Source: Eledone cirrhosa
Lineage: Eukaryota
Assembly: GCA_964016885.1 (NCBI GenBank)
Contig: OZ024759.1
Span: 19,530,001 to 19,594,000, forward strand
Length of the DNA stretch: 64,000 nt
Reading direction: 5' to 3'
Shown here one piece after another: positions 57,301 to 64,000 of this stretch (positions are counted from its first letter, which is position 1; each line of letters starts with the position of its first letter). The translations under genes were made by a program, and so were the position numbers. The notes under the pieces were generated by a model that was given only the letters and a program-made list of their open reading frames with translations, was not told where the DNA came from and ran no database searches.

Positions 57301-57699
57301 ACACACGCATATGTAGATACATACAAACATATATATATACACACACGCATATGTACAAACATACATATATACACACATATGCTAGTTTTGAATTCTTTGC
57401 TTATGACATCATTTATGACATCATAATGCCATGAGTTGAAAAAATAAAAAATCTACCTGTACAGATTGTGTCATTTCACAGCGTCTCAGCAACGGTGAAA
57501 GTTCCTCAAAAGCTCTTTAGGAAAATATTTCTTTACAGCTTAAGGAAATTCATTGCATAACAGCCTAGTAAAGGTTTTATTTCTGAACTTCAGGAAAAAT
57601 CCATCATTTGAAACAGCAGCTAAGTGAAAAGTTTTTGATAACAACCCAGAGTAAGTTGATTTTATAACCCTCTGGGTGGTTATTTTAGTACAGTTCAGT

Positions 57700-58435
57700 G
57701 AAAGTTGTTTTATTACTGCAGCTCGAAGTTTTTTTCTGATAACACCACCCCATTGAAAAGTCCATCTTTAACATCTGATAACATCTCAGTGGAAGGTTTT
57801 TGTAACTGCAGCTCAGTAGAAGGTTTTTTCTGATAACACCACCCCATTGAAAAGTCCATCTTTAACATCTGATAAACATCTCAGTGGAAGGTTTTTGTAA
57901 CTGCAGCTCAGTGGAAGTTTTTTTCTGATACACCACCCTATTGAAAAGTCCATCTTTAACATCTGATAAACATCTCAGTGGAAGGTTTTTGTAACTGCAG
58001 CTCAGTGGAAGTTTTTTTCTGATACACCACCCCATTGAAAAGTCCATCTTTAACATCTGATAAACATCTCAGTGGAAGGTTTTTGTAACTGCAGCTCAGT
58101 GGAAGTTTTTTTCTGATACACCACCCCATTGAAAAGTCCATCTTTAACATCTGATAACATCTCAGTGGAAGGTTTTTGATGAAAGCTCTGAAAGTTGTTT
58201 TATAACTACAGCTAAGTGAAAGCTATTTTATAACTACAGATCAGTGGAAGTTTTTTTCTGATACCACCTCAAGATAACTACAGATCAGTGTAAGTTTTTT
58301 TCTGATACCACCTCAGGATAACTACAGCTAAGTGAAAGTTATTTTATAACTAGTTCTAATTTTAGAACAGATCTGAAAGTTTTTTTCTGATAACACTACC
58401 TCAGGAAAAGTCATCTTTAAAATCTGATAACAGTG
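57700..58435. repeat. About 94-bp tandem repeat, about 5 near-identical copies plus degenerate flanking copies from about 57480
   Basis: ACTGCAGCTCAGTGGAAG...CCCATTGAAAAGTCCATCTTTAACATCTGATAAACATCTCAGTGGAAGG. The duplicated ORFs at 57862 and 57956 are 94 bp apart. Confidence 0.9.
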
Positions 58436-58443
58436 AAAATCAA

Positions 58444-58656
58444 ATGGCCAACTTTGATGACATTGAAGAGCTAGAGATTGGTGAGTGTATTGAAGTTGAA
58501 CTGAGGGATGGATTAAAGTCTATTACGATGATTAGAGCACCGACTCCCACTTTTATGGAACGTCTCCAAATGGCCGTGGTAAAAAAGAAGAAGAAACTTC
58601 AATACTACTTTACTCGCTTTACCACACGGTCTACAAAGGTGAGGAGGAGGAATTGA
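58444..58656 (+). CDS. Candidate small ORF or first coding exon, unknown protein (70 aa, or 65 codons if spliced at 58638)
   Basis: AAATCAAATGG start context, non-repetitive protein-like composition (acidic N-half, KKKKK basic stretch), and a phase-0 donor-like AAG|GTGAGG at 58638/58639. No family recognised. Confidence 0.4.
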   Translation: MANFDDIEELEIGECIEVELRDGLKSITMIRAPTPTFMERLQMAVVKKKKKLQYYFTRFTTRSTKVRRRN

Positions 58657-61480
58657 GTTACACTACCTGTGTAACTGATGTAATGCCACACATACAGCTT
58701 CATGTTTTAAAGATCTGTGCCGACTGAAGCTACATTACATCAATATTAAAGTGAAAGGTGCTAAATCTCACACGAAACACCAGAATGGGGCTGAGTTCAG
58801 TATGTAATCTGTTTTAATTGTTTTTACAAATGTTTTAATTTCCTTTTACAAAACAATTGCATCTATAAAGATGTTGAAATGAGGCCAGCGCTTTTGTTGG
58901 AGTCGTATGTACACTGTCATAACAAACGTTGCAACTTGGGCATTTAAAACCTGAGCCCAACCCTCTCCATGTCTGACAACAACCAATTTAACCATGGAGG
59001 AGAAGCAACAGAGAAAACAATAGAGATGGTTGAAAAAGAACACCAGTACTGGATTGGTATTATATTTATCAATCCCACGAAAATAAATGTGAAGACAAAA
59101 GTCGACCTTGGCAGAATTTGAACAAAATGGATTTGAACGGAATGGATTTGAACGGAATGCTACAAACAGATTCTGATGCCCTCACAAACCTCTCCAGGTA
59201 TTGACAATAACTGATTTAACCCTGGAAAAGGAGAGGGAGAAAAATGGACAGATGAAAAAGTGACTCCTGTATTGGACAGATATTTTATTATCCCAAAAGG
59301 ATGAAAGTGAAAGTTGACCTCAGCAGAATTTGAACGAAACGAATTTGAAGGGAATACTACAAACAAATTCTGTAACCCTTAACAGTCCCCAGGCCTGACA
59401 CCAGCTAAATGTACCTCAGAGAAGGAGAGAGACAGATGGAGAAGAGAAAGGAACTCGAGGACGAGCAAGATATTTTTGTTTATCAATATCCCACCCCACT
59501 ACCTTCACCTTCATTTACCTTGCCGAGATGATCCTCACCCTAAACTATTTTTTCTCTTTCTTGGGTGATTTTCCGGGATGGCCACAAGATTGGGCCGCAA
59601 CAATGACAACCTATTTGTTGTTTATGTTGTGATCCAAATCTTTGATCTAAATTTTTGCCCACTCCACTGGCTCCATCGCCAAGCTATACAACCGTTAACG
59701 ACTGTATTGGCATCACCTTTCTGACCCAGGAGCAGGCCAACCCCTTTCTCAACCTAGTAGCAGCTAAACCCCTTTCGGGTTGAGAAAGGGGTTTAAACCT
59801 ACCCTTTCGGGTTGAGAAAGGGGTTTAGCTGCTACCAACCTGGTAGCAGCTTTCTCAACCCCCTTCTCAACCTGGTAGCAGCTAAACCCCTTTCTCAACC
59901 GGTTTTTGAGAAAGGGGTTTAAACCTACCCTTTCGGGTTGAGAAAGGGGTTTAGCTGCTACCAACCTGGTAGCAGCTTTCTCAACCCCCTTCTCAACCTG
60001 GTAGCAGCTAAACCCCTTTCTCAACCGGTTTTTGAGAAAGGGGTTTAAACCTACCCTTTCGGGTTGAGAAAGGGGTTTAGCTGCTACCAACCTGGTAGCA
60101 GCTTTCTCAACCCCCTTCTCAACCTGGTAGCAGCTAAACCCCTTTCTCAACCGGTTTTTGAGAAAGGGGTTTAAACCTACCCTTTCGGGTTGCTGCTACC
60201 AACCTGGTAGCAGCTTTCTCAACCCCGTTCTCAACCTGGTAGCAGCTAAACCCCTTTCTCAACCGGTTTTTGAGAAAGGGGTTTAAACCTACCCTTTCGG
60301 GTTGAGAAAGGGGTTTAGCTGCTACCAACCTGGTAGCAGCTTTCTCAACCCCCTTCTCAACCTGGTAGCAGCTAAACCCCTTTCTCAACCGGTTTTTGAG
60401 AAAGGGGTTTAAACCTACCCTTTCGGGTTGAGAAAGGGGTTTAGCTGCTACCAACCTGGTAGCAGCTTTCTCAACCCCCTTCTCAACCTGGTAGCAGCTA
60501 AACCCCTTTCTCAACCGGTTTTTGAGAAAGGGGTTTAAACCTACCCTTTCGGGTTGAGAAAGGGGTTTAGCTGCTACCAACCTGGTAGCAGCTTTCTCAA
60601 CCCCCTTCTCAACCTGGTAGCAGCTTTCTCAACCCCCTTCTCAACCTGGTAGCAGCTAAACCCCTTTCTCAACCCTCTTCTCAACCTGGTAGCAGCTAAA
60701 CCCCTTTCTCAACCCCTTCTCAACCTGGTAGCAGCTAAACCCCTTTCTCAACCCCCTTCTCAACCTGGTAGCAGCTAAACCCCTTTTCAACCCCTTCTCA
60801 ACCTGGTAGCAGCTTAACCCCTTTTTCAACCTGGTAGCAGCTAAACCCCTTTCTCAACTTAGTAGCAGCTAAACCCCTTTCTCAACCCCCTTCTCAACCT
60901 GGTAGCAGCTAAACCCCTCCCCTTTTTCAACCCCTTTCGCAACCTGGTAGCAGCTCATCCTCTTTTCTCAACCTCTTTCTCAACCTGATAGCTCAACCCC
61001 ATTACTCAACCTCTTTCTCAACCTGGTGGTAGCAACTCCTTACTCTCATGACCCCTCCTCCTTCAAACCCACTAACTCTTACTCCAACCCTGACTTCACT
61101 ACATCCCACTCCACTGATACCACACAATCCCTCTCCTACTATCCCTTTTTCTACCGTCTACTCTCGGACTAACTCTTTCTCTACTCTCGGACTATCCCTT
61201 TCTCTACTCTCTGACTATCCCTTTCTCTACTCTCTGACTATCCCTTTCTCTACTCTCGTACTATCCCTTTCTCTACTCTCGGACTCGGACTAACTCTTTC
61301 TCTACTCTCGGACTATCCCTTTCTCTACTCTCTGACTATCCCTTTCTCTACTCTCGTACTATCCCTTTCTCTACTCTCGGACTATCCCTTTCTCTACTCT
61401 CACCCTGTCCCTTTCTCTACCGTCTGTGCAGTTGAACTCATGATCTTGAGCCCCAGGCTCAAGGCAGGGCTAGACTAATC
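58620..61480 (-). repeat. Right arm of the large inverted duplication, with expanded internal repeats
   Basis: Reverse-complement match to 51137-52730. Confidence 0.93.
59760..60600. repeat. 126-bp tandem repeat built from self-inverted subunits, about 6.5 copies
   Basis: CCGGTTTTTGAG recurs at 59899, 60025, etc. Each unit contains AAACCCCTTTCTCAA and its reverse complement, plus GCTGCTACCA-ACC-TGGTAGCAGC. Confidence 0.9.
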
Positions 61481-64000
61481 ACTCGGACTATCCCTTTCTC
61501 TACCGTCTGTGCAGTTGAACTCATGATCTTGAGCCCCAGGCTCAAGGCAGGGCTAGACTAATCACTCGGACTATCCCTTTCTCTACCGTCTGTGCAGTTG
61601 AACTCATGGTCTTGAGCCCCAGGCTCAAGGCAGGGCTAGACTAATCACTCGGACTATCCCTTTCTCTACCGTCTGTGCAGTTGAACTCATGATCTTGAGC
61701 CCCAGGCTCTAGGCAGGGCTAGACTAATCATTCGGACTGCCCCTTTCTCTACCCTGTCTCTTTCTCTACCGTATGTGCAGTTGAACTCATGATCTTGAGC
61801 CCCAGGCTCAAGGCAGGGCTAGACTAATCACTCGGACTTCTCTTTCTCTACCTTCTCTACCGTCTGTGCAGTTGGACTCATGATCTTGAGCCCCAGGCTC
61901 AAGGCAGGGCTAGACTAATCACTCGGACTATCTCTTTCTCTACCGTCTGTGCAGTTGAACTCATGATCTTGAGCCCCAGGCTCAAGGCAGGGCTAGACTA
62001 ATCACTCGGACTTCCCTTTCTCTACCGTCTGTGCAGTTGAACTCATGATCTTGAGCCCCAGGCTCAAGGCAGGGCTAGACTAATCACTCGGACTATCTCT
62101 TTCTCTACCGTCTGTGCAGTTGAACTCATGATCTTGAGCCCCAGGCTCAAGGCAGGGCTAGACTAATCACTCGGACTTCCCTTTCTCTACCTTCTCTACC
62201 GTCTATGCAGTTGAACTCATGATCTTGAGCCCCAGGCTCAAGGCAGGGCTAGACTAATCACTGACTATCTCTTTCTACTGTCTGCAGTTGAACTCATGAT
62301 CTTGAGCCCCGGGCTCAAGGCACTCTAGGCACTCTAGCCCTGCCTTGAGCCTGGGGCTGAAGATCATGAGTTCAACTGCACAGACGGTAGAGAAAGAGAT
62401 AGTCCGAGTGATTAGTCTAGCCCTGCCTTGAGCCCCTGGGGCTCAAGATCATGAGTTCAACTGCACAGACGGTAGAGAAAGGGATAGTCCGAGTGATTAG
62501 TCTAGCCCTGCCTTGCTGGCTCAAGGCAGGGCTAGACTAATCACTCGGACTATCCCTTTCTCTACCGTCTGTGCAGTTGAACTCATGAGCTAGACTAATC
62601 ACTCGGACTTCCCTTTCTCTACCTTCTCTACCGTCTGTGCAGTTGAAGCCCTGCCTTGAGCCCCTGGGGCTCAAGATCATGAGTTCAACTGCACAGACGG
62701 TAGAGAAAGAGATAGACCGAGTGATTGGTCTAGCCCTGCCTTGCAGGCTCAAGGCAGGGCTAGACTAATCACTCGGACTCTCTTTCTCTACCGTCTGTGC
62801 AGTTGGAACTCATGATCTTGAGCCCCAGGCTCAAGGCAGGGCTAGACTAATCACTCGGACTTCCCTTTCTCTACCTTCTCTACCGTCTGTGCAGTTGAAC
62901 TCATGATCTTGAGCCCCAGGCTCAAGGCAGGGCTAGACTAATCACTCGGACTATCTCTTTCTCTACCGTCTGTGCAGTTGGAACTCATGATCTTGAGCCC
63001 CAGGCTCAAGGCAGGGCTAGACTAATCACTCGGACTTCCCTTTCTCTACCTTCTCTACCGTCTGTGCAGTTGAAGCCCTGCCTTGAGCCCCTGGGGCTCA
63101 AGATCATGAGTTCAACTGCACAGACGGTAGAGAAAGAGATAGACCGAGTGATTGGTCTAGCCCTGCCTTGCAGGCTCAAGGCAGGGCTAGACTAATCACT
63201 CGGACTCTCTTTCTCTACCGTCTGTGCAGTTGGAACTCATGATCTTGAGCCCCAGGCTCAAGGCAGGGCTAGACTAATCACTCGGACTTCCCTTTCTCTA
63301 CCTTCTCTACCGTCTGTGCAGTTGAACTCATGATCTTGAGCCCCAGGCTCAAGGCAGGGCTAGACTAATCACTCGGACTATCTCTTTCTCTACCGTCTGT
63401 GCAGTTGGAACTCATGATCTTGAGCCCCAGGCTCAAGGCAGGGCTAGACTAATCACTCGGACTAACTCTTTCTCTACCGTCTGTGCAGTTGAACTCATGA
63501 TCTTGAGCCCCAGGCTCAAGGCAGGGCTAGACTAATCACTCGGACTTCCCTTTCTCTACCTTCTCTACCGTCTGTGCAGTTGAACTCATGATCTTGAGCC
63601 CCAGGCTCAAGGCAGGGCTAGACTAATCACTCGGACTATCTCTTTCTCTACCGTCTGTGCAGTTTTGATTCCCAGGCTCAAGGCACTCTAGCCCTGCCTT
63701 GAGCCTGGGGCTGAAGATCATGAGTTCAACTGCACAGACGGTAGAGAAAGAGATAGTCCGAGTGATTAGTCTAGCCCTGCCTTGAGCCCCTGGGGCTGAA
63801 GATCATGAGTTCAACTGCACAGACGGTAGAGAAAGAGATAGTCCGAGTGATTGGTCTAGCCCTGCCTTGCAGGCTCAAGGCAGGGCTAGACTAATCACTC
63901 GGACTATCTCTTTCTCTACCGTCTGTGCAGTTGAACTCATGATCTTGAGCCCCAGGCTCAAGGCAGGGCTAGACTAATCACTCGGACTTCCCTTTCTCTA
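61130..64000. repeat. 23-bp subrepeat tract (61130-61420), then an 83-bp satellite with internal inversions running off the window end
   Basis: CCGTCTGTGCAGTTGAAC at 61420, 61503, 61586, etc. The unit contains the hairpin CTTGAGCC-CCA-GGCTCAAG. Reversed blocks lie at about 62334-62515, 62647-62743, 63074-63171 and 63687-63870. Confidence 0.93.

Noticed and set aside
57700-58435. CRISPR-like or zinc-finger-array interpretation of the tandem repeats (also at 34238 and 61400)
   Set aside because: No unique spacers and no cas genes, in a eukaryotic context. The 94-bp period is not a codon multiple and there is no C2H2 pattern.
59764-60580. 42-aa repeat ORFs on the minus strand
   Set aside because: A by-product of the 126-bp palindromic repeat, with non-ATG starts and a frameshift at about 60115-60150.
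61420-61502. 83-bp satellite unit as a ribozyme
   Set aside because: It has a hairpin and a GAAA but no CTGAnGA core or other ribozyme consensus that I can recognise on either strand.

Overview
AT-rich, repeat-dense eukaryotic (metazoan) genomic DNA. The mix of RTE LINEs, tRNA-derived SINEs and very long TA/CA microsatellites suggests a cephalopod such as octopus, but this is inference from memory. Only one convincing host gene is present: a class A GPCR with an intronless CDS at 9203-10234 (+), NPY/NPF-receptor-like. A second candidate is a short coding exon or small ORF at 58444-58656. The rest is RTE- and CR1-type LINE fragments, two abundant SINE families, a deleted mariner, hAT/Tc1/piggyBac-type MITEs, a probable Helitron and many mini- and microsatellites. 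Most ORFs in the supplied track are microsatellite artefacts. The most unusual structures are: (1) a large inverted duplication (about 51137-52830 versus about 57350-61480) whose right arm has expanded into orientation-flipping satellites and carries an extra insert with a small ORF; (2) a frame-preserving 22 x 123-bp array made from an RTE reverse-transcriptase C-terminal fragment, giving a 906-aa ORF just upstream of the GPCR; (3) a dispersed set of minimal hammerhead-ribozyme-like motifs and fold-back inverted repeats typical of Penelope-like retroelement remnants. All alignments and foldings were done by eye.
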